In this document: positions 35,866-49,226 of the stretch, one piece after another
Numbering within the stretch: position 1 is the first letter of the stretch
Layout of the letters: each line of letters starts with the position of its first letter
Origin: Felis catus
Taxonomy: Eukaryota
NCBI RefSeq assembly: GCF_018350175.1
Contig: NC_058379.1
Location: 38,130,001 to 38,194,000 of the forward strand
Length of the DNA stretch: 64,000 nucleotides
Direction of reading: 5' to 3'
Position numbers and translations under genes: made by a program
Notes under the pieces: model-generated
Database searches by the model: none
What the model was told of the DNA's origin: nothing
Seen by the model: only the letters and a program-made list of their open reading frames with translations

Positions 35866-37622
35866 TTTACTGAAAAGGTAGCTTCTGTGGAAATAAATCT
35901 TTAAGAAGAAGGACCACATCCAAAGGATTCATGTATGGTATGTGAAGTTGTCAGAGATGATAGAAGTGCCATACCAAGTATTTTATTTTAAAAATGTATT
36001 ACATTTGTGTGACCGTTCTTTATACAGCACCATTAAAAAGCGATTTTATCACACTAGCCGCCCAGGTGAGTAGTTCCATGTGAGGAGGAAGGAGCAGAGA
36101 ATATTAAACTTTATTATCAAAGACAAAATTGAGGCTCAGAATAATGGAGCCTGTGACTTAAGGTCACACTGGGTTTACAACTGGGACCAGAAGGAAGTCT
36201 CTCACTGTGGGCTCCCACGACCTCCACAGACCAACTCCCTAGGCCTCCTGCCCTCAGGCTGGTCACTGGAAACAGGACGGTCTTGGAAAAGAGATAATGG
36301 CTGAGAAAGCGTACTGTGAGCACAGAGCCTCACCGTCACGGAACAGTGAAGGAGACAAAGTATTTAACTAAAGGTTTTTCCACCTTCCATTCTGAATTAG
36401 CACAAGACTGGTGCTCTAGCCAATTACAGCTGAAAAGTTAGGGGAAGAAAAGATAATGCAAGAAGCTGGAAGGAGAGAAAGCTGGCATGGAAAAGGAGCA
36501 AATGAATTTCCCTTTCGCTATTATGTTCCACCTTTTAAAAGCTCTCTCCTCTCACGGACGGGAGGGTGGGGTGTTTGCCTGGCAGTGCCTGCCTCTAGGT
36601 ATTCATTGAAAGTCATTCCGAGCCAGGACATTTCCCCTGGCATCAGACTTGAACCTGCAGGAGCCCTGCAGGTAGGGACTGTGGACTTTTTGCTGGTTTG
36701 GTTCCCCTTACACGAGGCAGCATGTGTATGAGTGATGCACTTGGCCCCTATGATTGCTCGGGCCTGAGGAGCAGCAGTGAAGAACTCTGGCCACCGCCCC
36801 TCCACCCCCCCCCCAACCCCCCATGGTTGAGGAAGATGGAAGAAGAGAAGAGAAAAGGAATCAGGTGCAGGAGAGCAGGTTAGAGGTGGATCAAGAGGGC
36901 CAAGCTTGCATGGAGAGTAACAAGCTGTGTATCTATGGAAGTGCATAGATCCAGGAGAAACTACATGTGTTCTCACGGGTTTTTATAGAGTCTAAAGTGA
37001 AAATGCCAAGGCTATTAGTGTTTTCCTGTTTGCAAAATATTTGCACCTTGTGACCACTAATCAAAAGAGGAAAATAGTTAATCCAATTGATTTCTGGCAA
37101 AACTGATGTCAAAATCAGATGCCTGTGTATGTTTTCAGAACTTATTTTCTCTGCCAGGGGCTTGAAACCTGCAATTCTTCTTTATTACCTTTGTGACAAT
37201 TTGCCTTGTTTCATGAGGTGTTTCCTCCTCCCTGATCTTTATTTCATTGACAGGCAAATAAATGTAACTTTAAATTTCCCAGTGCACTTGCTGTGTCCTT
37301 CCTGACAACTCTTCAGGATAGCTTTTCCTCACCCCATCTGCCTTCCCTCTAATCTGTTTATCTCCATGCTGGTTATGTAGCACTGCAGTGCGGCTTCCAG
37401 AACCAGGACTTGAAATGCCCACCCTGTGCATTGGGGGAGTGATCAAAAATTCTCTTTTAAGGAGAAACTTGATTTTAATATGCTTCAGGCCAGAGGACAA
37501 AAGAAAGGGTTTCTATCCAGAAGCCAAGTTTACTATTAAGGAGAATTACCAAAGCAGCCCACGCCATTGTTTAAAGAGGGAGTGATGGTTTTTTCCTTGA
37601 CTTAAAAAAATCACTTCAACTC

Positions 37623-37790
37623 GGGGAACCTGGCTGGCTCAGTCGGTTAACCTTCCAACTTCAGCTCCGGTCATGACCTCACAGTTCATGAGTTCGAGCC
37701 CCTCATCGGGCTCCGTGCTGACAGCTCAAGAGCCTGGAGCCTGCTTTGGATTCTATGTCTCCCTCTCTCTCTGCCTCTCCCCCACTCGTG

Positions 37791-37825
<35 letters not shown>

Positions 37826-37856
37826 AAAACTAAATTAAAAAAAAATAAACATAAGA
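37623..37856 (+). mobile_element. Feline SINE (SINEC_Fc2-like)
   Basis: 'ggggaacctggctggctcagtcggtt' head. TSD AAAATC(A/C)CTTCAAC. Confidence 0.95.
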
Positions 37857-39706
37857 AAATCCCTTCAACAATTCTTCTTTGGCCAAAACTTCTGTTATTT
37901 TGTACTATGTGTTTGTGTTATCATAAGATATTATGAACGCAGAGAAATAGTCTGGCCTCTGTCCTCTCGAAGAGGTCAGTAGCATCCATCAGAGCCACTG
38001 TGTTTACGTTGAGTGAGTCTATCAGTAGCTGATGAGCATCTGCTCATTGAAGATGGTGAAGATGTGGCAGGGCACCCAGAGGGTGCACTGCTGCCTTCAC
38101 AAGGCTAAATAAATACTGGCCAGAGGGGCAGGGAGGAGTGGTTCATTTTGAACAGATTGAGTAGGGCGTTAAAGAGTCTTGGTGACCAGGAAGTATGGAA
38201 ATAGATTAGGTAACAATTAAGATGTGGGTCAAAGTACAGCTGGATCAACATCCTTGCACACTGACTTGTCACCTGTCCCCTCTCCTAATTTTCATTTGAA
38301 GTCTATAGAACTATCTTCATCAGGTTATCAGTCTGCAGAAACTTTGACCTCACCCGCAAATACTGCAATTATTTTGAGATGACAAGGGAGTCTGTTTCTA
38401 CCTCTTGATCTCTTTATATTTTTTACATCTTTCTAAATATGCTATTATGGCTGACAGACTAAATGAGGGCTCGTCACATGCCACTTTAGCTTGTCTTTCT
38501 GCATATTTGCAGCCAACATTAAAAACACATGTAGTAGTAATTAAGTCTTCTTTAGAAATCATTTCTTACTGGTAATGTGCTTTTCGGTTCCCTCCATGAG
38601 ACACCATAGCTTGATAAATTATTCTGTTGGCAGCAGTAACAACAGAGCCTGCATAATTGTAAACCCTTCCCATGCTGGTACTTAGAGGAGTAATTATGCA
38701 GCCTGATTTCCTCATTTTAAAATACGGAGGCCAACATTAGTAGGTTTTCAGAAATATTCCTTCATTCTCTCTTTTGGGAAGAGTTACTAGCTACTTGACA
38801 AATGAGGTTCTAAAGTGATGGCGCCTTAGAGAAAAGTCTTGTTGCTTTAGAGCCTCACCTCATATGAATTTTTATTGAAGTTGGACTGGTCATGAGATCC
38901 AGCTGGGTATAAATCCAAAGAGAAGATCCCATGTTTCCCTTTGTGGTGAAAATTTTTTCATTTATTTTACTTCCATTTTGCCTTTTTAAAAAAACTTAGA
39001 ATTATTCAGGGAAAATATATTATGTAAATAAAAGGAGACAGATGGGTTAAAGGGGGAAAAGAATATTTCCATTTTAGCTCAGCTTTGGAAATCTAGGCCA
39101 ACTGATAAAAATTGAAGAAACACAGATTGAAACCAGATCTGTCTTACAAGAGAAATGGTGCAGTATTAAGTCTCCAAACGTAAGTGACTTTGACTACAGA
39201 AACCATTTACACCAGCTTCAGAGAGGTTGCTTTCCAACGGACTTGTTCAGATTTGATTTTTTTTTAATGATTGAGTCATCACTGATCAAAATGAGTCACA
39301 CATGATTTTTTATGTGACATCTGGAGGACGTTTCAAAGGCATAAAACAGATCATATCAGAGCTATTTCACCCCTTACATTCATCCTGTATTTCTTATTAG
39401 ATTAGCAACGTTTTAAAATCTAAACTCTCACTTGGTGACATTTTCATTAGCACTTCTTATTCCATGTTCTAGCTTTTAAATTTTAATGCCTGTCTTAAAA
39501 AGAAGGAGAGAGCAGAGCGTTCTTAATCAGAAATGTATTACTTTCAATTTACCATCTTCCAAAAAAAGCCCCAAACAAGCAAACAAACCTCATTGAATAG
39601 CTAGTCCAAGCTAGAATTTAAAAGAGTCACAGAAAACATGATGAGAGTAGAGAAGTCAAATACCGATCCTGAAGAACCAAAAAATGAGGACTGGAATGGA
39701 GGACTG

Positions 39707-39708
<2 letters not shown>

Positions 39709-39750
<42 letters not shown>
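39709..39750. repeat. (GT)21 microsatellite
   Basis: Perfect dinucleotide run. Confidence 0.97.
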
Positions 39751-39753
<3 letters not shown>

Positions 39754-40443
39754 AATTCTGGATGAGAAATGACTAAGGAACTAACAAAATATGGTTCCTA
39801 GGCATTGGCTGACCCACACAGGAGATGATGGACAACTTTGTTCTTTGTTTCAATTAAGAATAGCAGTAAATTAAATCCATCTAGCCATCAAAAATGAAGC
39901 ATGCACTAAGCATTCTTGACTACTTGCACTTCAGTTGACTTCTAGAACGTTGACTTGTTCATGTGCTTTGGAAACACAAGGTTACAGTAAGGTGAGTCAG
40001 AGAGGCCTGGTGGGAATTGGGAGGCTCCTGGGGACTCTCCTTGGCTCTAACCCTAAGGTCCTCACCCAGTCCATGGTGTTCTACGTGGGGGTTGGAGGCC
40101 AGCCTCATTCTGGGCTGGTTGTTGCTCTTCCAAGGCACAGCCTGCTGCTGACAGCCTGGGGCCCCATGCCCGAACTCGAGCTACCACCCGTACTTTTAAC
40201 TCACCACAGACGTCCAGGCCTTGCCTGCCCAGCTGCCCAACCAGGGGCTCTCTGTCCAGCTATCCCAGGCCCCTGTCCTTGCCCAAACTACAGGCCTCCT
40301 GACTTGGCACCCTGCCCTAGGACTTGTGCTGACCGTCACTATTGTTTATGGCTCACAAGAAAGAATTCCCTGCCCACCCCACCAAGAGCTGCTAAACCCT
40401 GAAAGAGGCTCCTCAGGGAGCTCTGTAGAAATAGGAGAGGCTT

Positions 40444-40669
40444 GGGGCGCCTGGGTGGCGCAGTCGGTTAAGCGTCCGACTTCAGCCAGGTCACGATCTC
40501 GCGGTCTGTGAGTTCGAGCCCCGCATCAGGCTCTGGGCTGATGGCTCGGAGCCTGGAGCCTGCTTCAGATTCTGTGTCTCCCTCTCTCTCTGCCCCTCCC
40601 CTGTTCATGCTCTCTCTCTCTCTGTCCCAAAAATAAATAAAAGTTGAAAAAAAAATTAAAAAAAAAAAA
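40444..40669 (+). mobile_element. Young feline SINE (SINEC_Fc-type)
   Basis: Perfect 16-bp TSD AGAAATAGGAGAGGCT at 40427-40442 and 40670-40685. CpG-rich body. Confidence 0.97.
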
Positions 40670-41199
40670 AGAAATAGGAGAGGCTCTCATTTGTCTGAAA
40701 TGGTTTCTGTCAGTCAGAGAACACACACAGACTAACTGGTGCCTCATCAGTAGAGTTCATAAACCTCAGATTTTGTAAATGGACTGGCAAAAGAGCAAGG
40801 CCAAATTGTAACAAACGGCACCTAGTTTGGGAATTTATACAGAATTCAAACACTTCGAGGGAAATTTGCACCATCTTGTATTCTTTCATTGTTGAGGCGC
40901 CCACATACATCTCTCTGTTAGACACAGATGGATCCATGCCCCTATTACAACGGAAACCAAAATTAAGGCAGGATCACAGCCTTGCTATGGGGAAGGTGGG
41001 CATGTGGTCAACCGAGAGGAGGTAGGAGCGGTGCCCCAGGACTACGAGGATTGATCCCCGTGACCACCAGTCCGCAGAGATAAAAAAAGAATCATGCTTC
41101 TATACAGATTTTTCTAAATCACGGAATAAAGAAAGGACCTTACTCTACAAGTCTTATGGTAAAGCAAGACACAACACATAGCTATCTTCACTTTTTTTT

Positions 41200-44100
41200 T
41201 TGCCTTTTTAATGTCATTTTTTAATAGGTAGCATATTCACATGGTATGAAAATTTTTAAATGTATAAAAAGGTACACAGTGAGAAGTCTCCCACCCACTC
41301 CCTCTACACAAACTCCCCCTCCAGACAGATCCCCACTGTTAGTCTTTTGTGCATCCTCCTAGAGTTTCTTTATACATACACAAGTGAATATAAATATATT
41401 TTCTTATCCCACTTCCTTATATTTAACCCAGTAAGTAGTATGCTGTATGCACTTGAATTTTTTTTCACTCAAGAGTATAGCCAGGGGATTTTCCCCATTT
41501 GTACATAAAGCCTCCTCTTGGTGTCTGGACGGTAGTGTTCCACTGAACGATGCACCACTATATAACCAGCCCTCTGCCGTGGACAGACTATTTCCAGTCT
41601 TTCATTGCTTCAAACAGTGCTGCGCAAATAACTATGTATGTATGTCGTCCTGCACATGTGCTAGGGGGTCTATAGGATAAATTGCCAAAAGTGGAATGGC
41701 TGAATGAAAGAGAATATACATCTGTCAACTTGCCCAACAAACAAATACACTGATTTGCACTCTTCCCAGGAATTGTTGAGGATGCCTGTTTCTCAATACC
41801 AACAAAATCTGTTATCAAACATTTAGATCTTTTGCCAGTGTGGTCATTGAAAACTGCTACCTCAGGATAATTTTAATTTGCATTTTTATTGTGAGTTAGT
41901 TTGAGCCTCTTTTCTTATGCTTAAGAACCATTCTTGTTTCCCTTTCTGTGAACTTTGCCAGGTTTTCTGTTGCCATTTTAGTCTTTTTCCTTCCAATTTC
42001 AAAGAGCTCTTTATCTTTATGGATTTTAGGAAATTAGCCCTGTCTCCATGACTGGAGTTGCATGTATTTGTTCCCCTTTTTGGTTTTTTGGAGTTTTTTT
42101 TCCAGTTTTTTTATTTTCTTATGGGTGTTGTGTTTATTTGTCTGGTTGGTTGACTTGGGTTCACCTTGCCCTTAGTTATCAATCGTTTTAGTTTCTTTCG
42201 GATTATATAACATAACACAGGCAAAAAGGCCTTTCGCATGTCATGACAAAATCCTGTTATATTTTATTCTACTACTTTTATGGGCTGTTATTTTTTTACA
42301 TTAAATCATACAAATAAATATTTGGAATATATCCCTGTGTGTCATGTCAGCCGTGAATCCGTTTTTATTTTATTTGGTTTTGATTCAGAAGGCTACCCGC
42401 TTGATTCAGCCAAGTCTGCTCCATTTCTTCCCTAATCTGGGATGTCACCTTCGCATGCTCTAAATTTCCATAAGTACTTGGTCTATTTATGGACTTCTTA
42501 TTCTTTTTCATCAGTCAGTCTGCATCCTTTTAATTACTGAAGTCTCACAAAATGTTCTAACATCCAGTTGGTCAGTCACACTTCATCGCTGTTCCTGCTT
42601 GTTTGGTTTGTTTTCTACACAGACCTCAGAATTAGCTTGTCGGTGGTTTTATTGAGGTCATGGTAAATGTATGAGAGTAACTTAGAGAGATGTAAGGTCT
42701 TTATGATGTTGATTCTTCTTCTACAGGAACATGCTGTCTTTTTGTTTACTGGAGTCTTCTTTGGTGTCCTTCAGAAGTCTTTTTAGTTTTTCTTCAACAA
42801 GTCTTACAATTTCTTCTTGAATGTCTTCCTAGGTAATGTAAAATGGCCTTTCCACTGTATCTTCCAACTGGTGGTCATCTGTGCATATGAGGGCTTTTGC
42901 TGTCAGCATTTTAATTCTGTACACCTGCCAGCTTACTAACCTCTTATCTTTTGTTGGAGTTTGTCAATGGATTCGCATGATTTTCTGGGTTTACAGTGAT
43001 ACCATCTGCAGTAATGATAGTTTTAGCTTCTGCTTTGTTACTGTTCCATCTCTTGTATCTTTTCTGATCTCATTGTGTGGGCTTGGGCCCCAGTAGGACG
43101 AGGTCTGCATAATCAGTAGTAATGGTGATGGCAAGCATCATTCTTGTCGAGAGTTTAGTTTAAAATTACTCCAGTGCTTCCCCGATAAAAGTTTGCTTCA
43201 AAGATATTTTCTTTTATTTTCTTTTGTTAAGGAATCATGCCAGTTAGTTCCTCTAGTGGGTGTTTCTATCCATGTTTCTTGAATTTCAATAAATGCCTCT
43301 TAAAAATCTATGGAGATAGATGATCACAACTTCTTCTTCTTAGACTTTTTGATATGAATAAATTTCCTGTTACTAAATGGTCCTTGCATTTTTGGAATAA
43401 ACATTGCATTGTCATGACACATAATTTGCATGCCAATAATTTATTTAAACTTTGGTTTTGATATTAATCAATAAGAAATTTTTTCTTGATATGTATATGC
43501 ATATGCTCTGTCAGATATGGATATCAATATTATGCTTGCTTCATAAAACAAATTTGGAAGTTTTCCCTTTTCTCTGCACTGGAATGTTTTGTTCTCAAAT
43601 AATTTGGTAGGAATCCCCTAGGAATCCACCTAGACCTTTTTAAGTAAACAGTTAAGTGAACTGGAGCTTTGCCAGGTGTGAAGAGGGAAGTTTTTTATAC
43701 TATTGTCTGTCTCTTCTATGGAAAAAAAATCTGTTTATATTTTCTGTTCCCTCTAAGAGGAGTTTTGGTAAATTGTATTTTCCTAGAAAACTATCCATTT
43801 ATTCTGCTTTTCAAATGTATTTACCTAGAGCTAAGCATAAGTAGTTTAAAGTTTTCTCTGTTTCTGTATTTTCCCCTAGTATATCTTATTTTCTGTCATT
43901 ATCTTTTTATGACTTTTATATATGATCTGATTGTTCTGACATTTTTGTGTGATTCTTCTGAACTTAACAAGATTTATTTTTGTTCAAATGGTCATCATTA
44001 TAAGTTTATATAAGACTTCTATCTTTCTTTTCAAAAGACATTTTCTACGTATTTCCTGCTATAAACAATGAAAAAATTAGAATGTTTTCTCCTTCTCCCC

Positions 44101-44540
44101 TTCACACCAGATTTTAATCAATAATACTGCCTTAACTGATATTTACCTTTGTACTGTTAACATGCGTGTACTTCTATTACTTCAATAAAGGAACTTTTTC
44201 TACTTTTCACCGTATCCCCCTTCCTTTTCCTATGTTCTCCATTGTCAGAGCAGGTATTGTTAAACCATTCCATCCCCCTTATCTTCTTCTTTTTGTTTTA
44301 GATCGAGAGTTAAACATAGCCACAACTCAGCACCAGTCCTCCTATTGGACTTTTCTTCTTCTGGGATGTCATTAAGAGGGACTAACATCATTAAGAAGGA
44401 CTATTTCTTTGAGTTCTTGCATGTTCAACACATGTCTATAGCCTGTATATTTGAAGGACAATTCATCCAGACATAAAACCCTTTTGACACTTCCTTTCCT
44501 TGAGTATGTTATAGATGTAGCTCCACTGTCTTCTAGTTTT
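41200..44540 (-). mobile_element. Ancient LINE-1 (L1ME4/HAL1-like), 3' part; host of the nest
   Basis: 'aaaaggtacacagtgagaagtctcccaccc' 3' end and 'ggataaattgccaaaagtggaatggctg', continuing to 'ctccactgtcttctag'. Confidence 0.75.
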
Positions 44541-44762
44541 CGTTTTTAAAAATTATTACAGTTAAATATACACGACACAAAATTTACCATTTTAACCATT
44601 TTTAAGTACACAGTTCAGTGGCATTAAGTATATTCACATTGTTGTGTGATCATCACCACCATGCATCTCTAGAATTTTCTCATCATTCCAAGCTGAAACT
44701 CTGTACTCATTAAAACAATAACCCCCAAAAGCCCAGGTTGCCACTGTTGTACTTTCTGTCTC

Positions 44763-44944
44763 NNNNNNNNNNNNNNNNNNNNNNNNNNNNNNNNNNNNNN
44801 NNNNNNNNNNNNNNNNNNNNNNNNNNNNNNNNNNNNNNNNNNNNNNNNNNNNNNNNNNNNNNNNNNNNNNNNNNNNNNNNNNNNNNNNNNNNNNNNNNNN
44901 NNNNNNNNNNNNNNNNNNNNNNNNNNNNNNNNNNNNNNNNNNNN
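44763..44944. other. Assembly gap
   Basis: Run of n. Confidence 0.99.
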
Positions 44945-44981
44945 TGTGCATTCAGTCATCAATGTACACTATAGGATTTCC

Positions 44982-45291
44982 TTTTTTAAAATATAATTTA
45001 TTGTCAAATTGGTTTCCATACAACACCCAGTGATCATCCCAACAGGTGCCCTCCTCAATGCCCAGCACCTACTTTTCCCTCTCCCCCAACCCCCATCTAC
45101 CCTTAGTTTGTTCTCAGTCCTTAAGAGTCTCTCATGGTTGGCCTCCCTCCCTCTCTGTAACTTTTTTTTTTCCCCTTCCCCTCACCCATGATCTTCTGTT
45201 ACGTTTCTCAAGATCCACATACAAGTGAAAACATATGGTATCTGTTTTTCTCTGCCTGGCTTATTTCACTTAGCATAATACCCTCCAGTTC
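44982..45291 (-). mobile_element. 5'-truncated carnivore/feline L1 3' end (L1_Fc/L1_Carn-like)
   Basis: 'catacaacacccagtgatcatcccaacaggtgccctcctcaatgccc...gtgaaaacatatggtatctg...cttatttcacttagcataataccctccagttc'. Flanked by CTATAGGATTTCCTTT and CTATAGGGTTTTCTTT. Confidence 0.9.
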
Positions 45292-45307
45292 TATAGGGTT
45301 TTCTTTA

Positions 45308-45538
45308 AAAGAAAAAAAAAAAAGAAGAAGAAGAGTTTATTTATTTACTTAGAGAGAAAGACAGCATGTGCATCTGTGTGCAAGTCAGGGAGGTGCAGAG
45401 ACAGAGGAAGAGAAAATCCCAAGCAGATTCAGTGCTGTTAGCACAGAGCCTGATGCAGGGCTCCATCCAGGAACTGAGATCATGACCTGAGCTGAAATCA
45501 AGCGTCGGATGCTTAACTGACTGAACTACCCAGGCGCC
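45308..45538 (-). mobile_element. Can-SINE nested in L1MB
   Basis: SINE body ending 'cccaggcgcc'. TSD-like TAGGGTTTTCTTTA and TAGGATTTCTTTA. Confidence 0.93.
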
Positions 45539-47701
45539 GTAGGATTTCTTTAGGGTTTTCTACATATAAGATCATGTGTTTACTTCTTCTTTTTTAATTT
45601 GGATGTCTTCCTAGGAGTTAGGAAGTATTCCCTCCTCCTTAATTTTGTTGGTTAAGTTTGAGAAGAACTGATGTAACTTCTGTCAGTGTTTGGTAGACTT
45701 CACCAGTGAACCCATCTTGGTCTAGGGCTTTTCTTTGTCAAGGAGTTTTTGAATACTGATTCAATCTCCTTAACTCGTTATGGGTCTATTCAGATTTTTT
45801 ATTTATTCCTGATTGAATCTTGGTAGGTTTTGTGTTTCTAAGAATTTTTCCATTTCATCTATATTATCTAATTTGTGGACATACAATTATTCATAGTACT
45901 CTCATAATCCTTTTTATTTCTGTAGAATTAGTGGTAATGTCCTCACTTTCATTTCTGATTTTAGTAATTTCAATCTTGTCTTAAAAGTTTGTCAATTTTG
46001 CCAGTCTTTTTGAAAATCAAGTCTTGGGTTCATTGATCTTTTCTTCTCTGTTTTATTTATCTGCATTCTAATATTTATTTCTTCCTTGTGTTAGTTTTGA
46101 GTTTAGTTTGCTATTCTTTTTCTAGTTCCTTAAATTTTAGTCAGATTGATGATTTGAAGTCTTTCTTTTTCCTTATGTCAACATTTACAGCTCTAAAATT
46201 TCCTCTTAGCACTGTTTTTGCTGCATCCCATAACTTTTGGGATATTTTATTTTCATTTAAATTTGTCTCTAAGTATTTTATGATTTCTTTTGTGATTTCC
46301 TCTTTGACTCATTGATCATTTAAGAGTGTGTTCATTTCCACACATTTGTGAATTCTTCAGTTTTCCTGCTATTAATGACTTCTAATTCCATCCTGTTGTG
46401 GTCAGCAAAAATACTTTGTATGATGTCTATCTTATAAAATTTATTGAGACTTTATTTGTGGTCTGATATGTGGCCTGTCTTGGAGCTTGTTCCGGGTACA
46501 TTTGAGAAGAATGTGTCTTCTGTTATTGGGTAGAATGTTGTTTATATCTTTTAGATCTGGTTGGTTTATTGTGTTGTTCAAGTCCTTGCTTATTTTTCTT
46601 TTGCTTGCTTCTCTTTCTTTCCTTGCTTATCTTCTGTTTGGTTGTTCTCTCCATTATGTGAGAGAAGTATTGAAGTCTTCAATTGTTATTGGAGGACTAT
46701 CTATTTCTCCCTTCAATTCTGTCAGTTTCTGCTTCATATATTTTGATAGTGTGTCATTAATTGCATTACTATTTATAATTGTTATATCTTCTTGCATTAT
46801 TGAACCTTTTATTAATATATAATGCCATTTTTTATCTCTTATGACCTGTTTTTTAAATTTAAAATCTTTTTTCTCTTATATTAGTATTGCCACCTGGCTC
46901 AAAGGGTACCATTAATATGGAATATGTTTTCCCATCTTTTCACTTTCAACATATTTTTGTCTTTGGGTCTAAAATGAGTCTCTTGCAGACACCATATAAT
47001 TGTATCATATTTTTTAATTCTGCCAATCTCTTGTCTCTCGATTGGAGGGTTTGATCCATTTACACTTTAAGTAATTATTGATAATGAGGGGCTTGCTTCT
47101 GCCATTTGCTGTTTGTTTGCTGTATGCCATGTAGGATGTCTGTCCCTCATTACCTATATTACTGTCTTCTTTTGTGTTTAGTTGATTTTTTGTTGTGAGG
47201 ATTTAATTCACTTTTAATTTCCTTTTGTATATACTCTGTAGTTACTTTCTTTTTGGTTACTATGAAGATTACATTTAACATCTTAATATTATAACACTCT
47301 AATTTGAATTTATAACAACTTAACAAACATTCTGTTCCTTTACAGCTCCATCTGCCCCACCTTTGAGTTATTGATATCACAAATTACATCTTTCTATATT
47401 GTGTGTTCAAAAACATGGACTAATCATTTTGATTCATTTGTTGTTTAAATCATATATAACATAACTATAATTACAAACAAAAATTACAATAATAGTTGTT
47501 ATTATATATTTCTCTATTTCTCTATGTGTTTATCTTTACCAGATGACTTTTGTATTTTTGTATGCCTTTTAGTTACTGTCTATCATCGTTTCATTTCAAC
47601 TTGAGGGACTCCTTTTAGCATTTCCTATAGGGCAAGTCTAGTGGTAATTAATCCTCTCAGCTTTTCCTTGTCTGGGAATGTCTTAGTATCTCCTAATTTT
47701 T

Positions 47702-47936
47702 TTAATTTTTTTTTTTAATTTTTTTTCAACGTTTATTTATTTTTGGGACAGAGAGAGACAGAGCATGAACGGGGGAGGGGCAGAGAGAGAGAGGGAGACA
47801 CAGAATCGGAAACAGGCTCCAGGCTCCGAGCCATCAGCCCAGAGCTTGACGCGGGGCGGGGCTCGAACTCACGGACCGTGAGATCGCGACCTGGCTGAAG
47901 TCGGACGCTTAACCGACTGCGCCACCCAGGCGCCCC
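47702..47936 (-). mobile_element. Young feline SINE (SINEC_Fc-type)
   Basis: TSD TATCTCCTAATTTTT at 47687-47701 and 47939-47953. Internal 5-bp GCGGG duplication. Confidence 0.97.
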
Positions 47937-48027
47937 AATATCTCCTAATTTTTGAAAGACGGTTTCGTCAGATGTAGAATTCTCAGACGACAGTTTTTTG
48001 TTTTTGTTTTCTCCTTACAGCACTTTA

Positions 48028-48250
48028 TTTTTTTTTTAATTTTTTTTTTCAAACGTTTATTTTTTGGGACAGAGAGAGACAGAGCATGAACGGGGGAGGG
48101 GCAGAGAGAGAGGGAGACACAGAATTGGAAGCAGGCTCCAGGCTCGGAGCCATCAGCCCAGAGCCGGACGCGGGGCTCGAACTCACAGACCGCGAGATCG
48201 TGACCTGGCTGAAGTCGGAGGCTTAACCGACTGCGCCACCCAGGCGCCCC
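48028..48250 (-). mobile_element. Young feline SINE (SINEC_Fc-type)
   Basis: Perfect TSD TCCTTACAGCACTTTA at 48012-48027 and 48251-48266. Confidence 0.97.
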
Positions 48251-48452
48251 TCCTTACAGCACTTTAAATATATTATCACACTGTGTTCTGGTCTGCAAGG
48301 TATCTGCTGAAAAACCCTTTGATAATCTTCTTGAAGACTCCTTGTACATGATGAGCTACTTTTCTCTGGGTTTCCAGGGTTCTGTCTTTGTCTTTCAACA
48401 GTTTGATTACAGTGTGTCTCAGCGTGGGTCTCTTTGAATTTATCATATTTGA

Positions 48453-48689
48453 GGGGCGCTTGGGTAGCTCAGTCACTTGAGCATCCAACTTCAGCTCAGG
48501 CCATGATCTCCTGGCTCGTGAGTTCGAGCCCCGGGTCAGGCTCTGTGCTGACAGCCCAGAGCAGGGAGCCTGCTTTGGATTCTGTGTCTCCCTCTCTCTC
48601 TGCCCCTCCCTTGCTCACACTCTGTCTCACTCTGTCTCTCACTCTGTCTCTCCCCCTCAAGAATAAATAAACATAAAAAAAAAATAAAA
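48453..48689 (+). mobile_element. Feline SINE (SINEC_Fc2-like)
   Basis: Perfect 16-bp TSD GAATTTATCATATTTG at 48436-48451 and 48690-48705. Confidence 0.96.
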
Positions 48690-49007
48690 GAATTTATCAT
48701 ATTTGGGCTTAATTCAGCTTCTTAGATTTGTAGATCCACATCTTTCCTCAACTTTGGGAGGCTTTCATCCATTACTTCTCCTCTCTCGTTCTCTCTATCT
48801 TGCTCTTTTTCTCTGTCTATCTATATCTCTGTCTCTATCTCCCCCCACTCTAGCCCCATCTCCAATCTCTCTCTGTCTCCGTCTTTCCCTTTGGGACTCC
48901 CACAATATATATGTTGGTCCTTTGATGCTGTCCCTTAGATCCTGTTCACTTTTCTTCCATCTTTTTTCTTTCTGTTTCTCAAACTTGATAGTTTCCATTG
49001 GCTTATT

Positions 49008-49226
49008 TCTTTTCTTTTTTGTGTTTATTTATTTTTGAGAGACAGAGAGAGAGAACATGAACAGGGGAGGGACAGAGAAAGGGGGGGACACAGAATCCGA
49101 AGCAGGCTCCAGGCTCTGAGCTGTCAGCACAGAGCCCAACGTGAGGCTCGATCGACCTCACGAATTGTGAGATCATGACCTGAGCCGAAGTCGGAAGCTT
49201 AACCAAATGAGCCACTCAGGTGCCCC
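49008..49226 (-). mobile_element. Feline SINE (SINEC_Fc2-like)
   Basis: Ends 'caggtgcccc'. TSD TCCATTG(G/A)C(T/C)TATTT. Confidence 0.95.

Noticed and set aside
40922-40995. Possible plus-strand exon (ctctctgttag|...GAAG|gtgggc)
   Set aside because: The open frames match no protein I recognise and the splice sites are only moderate.
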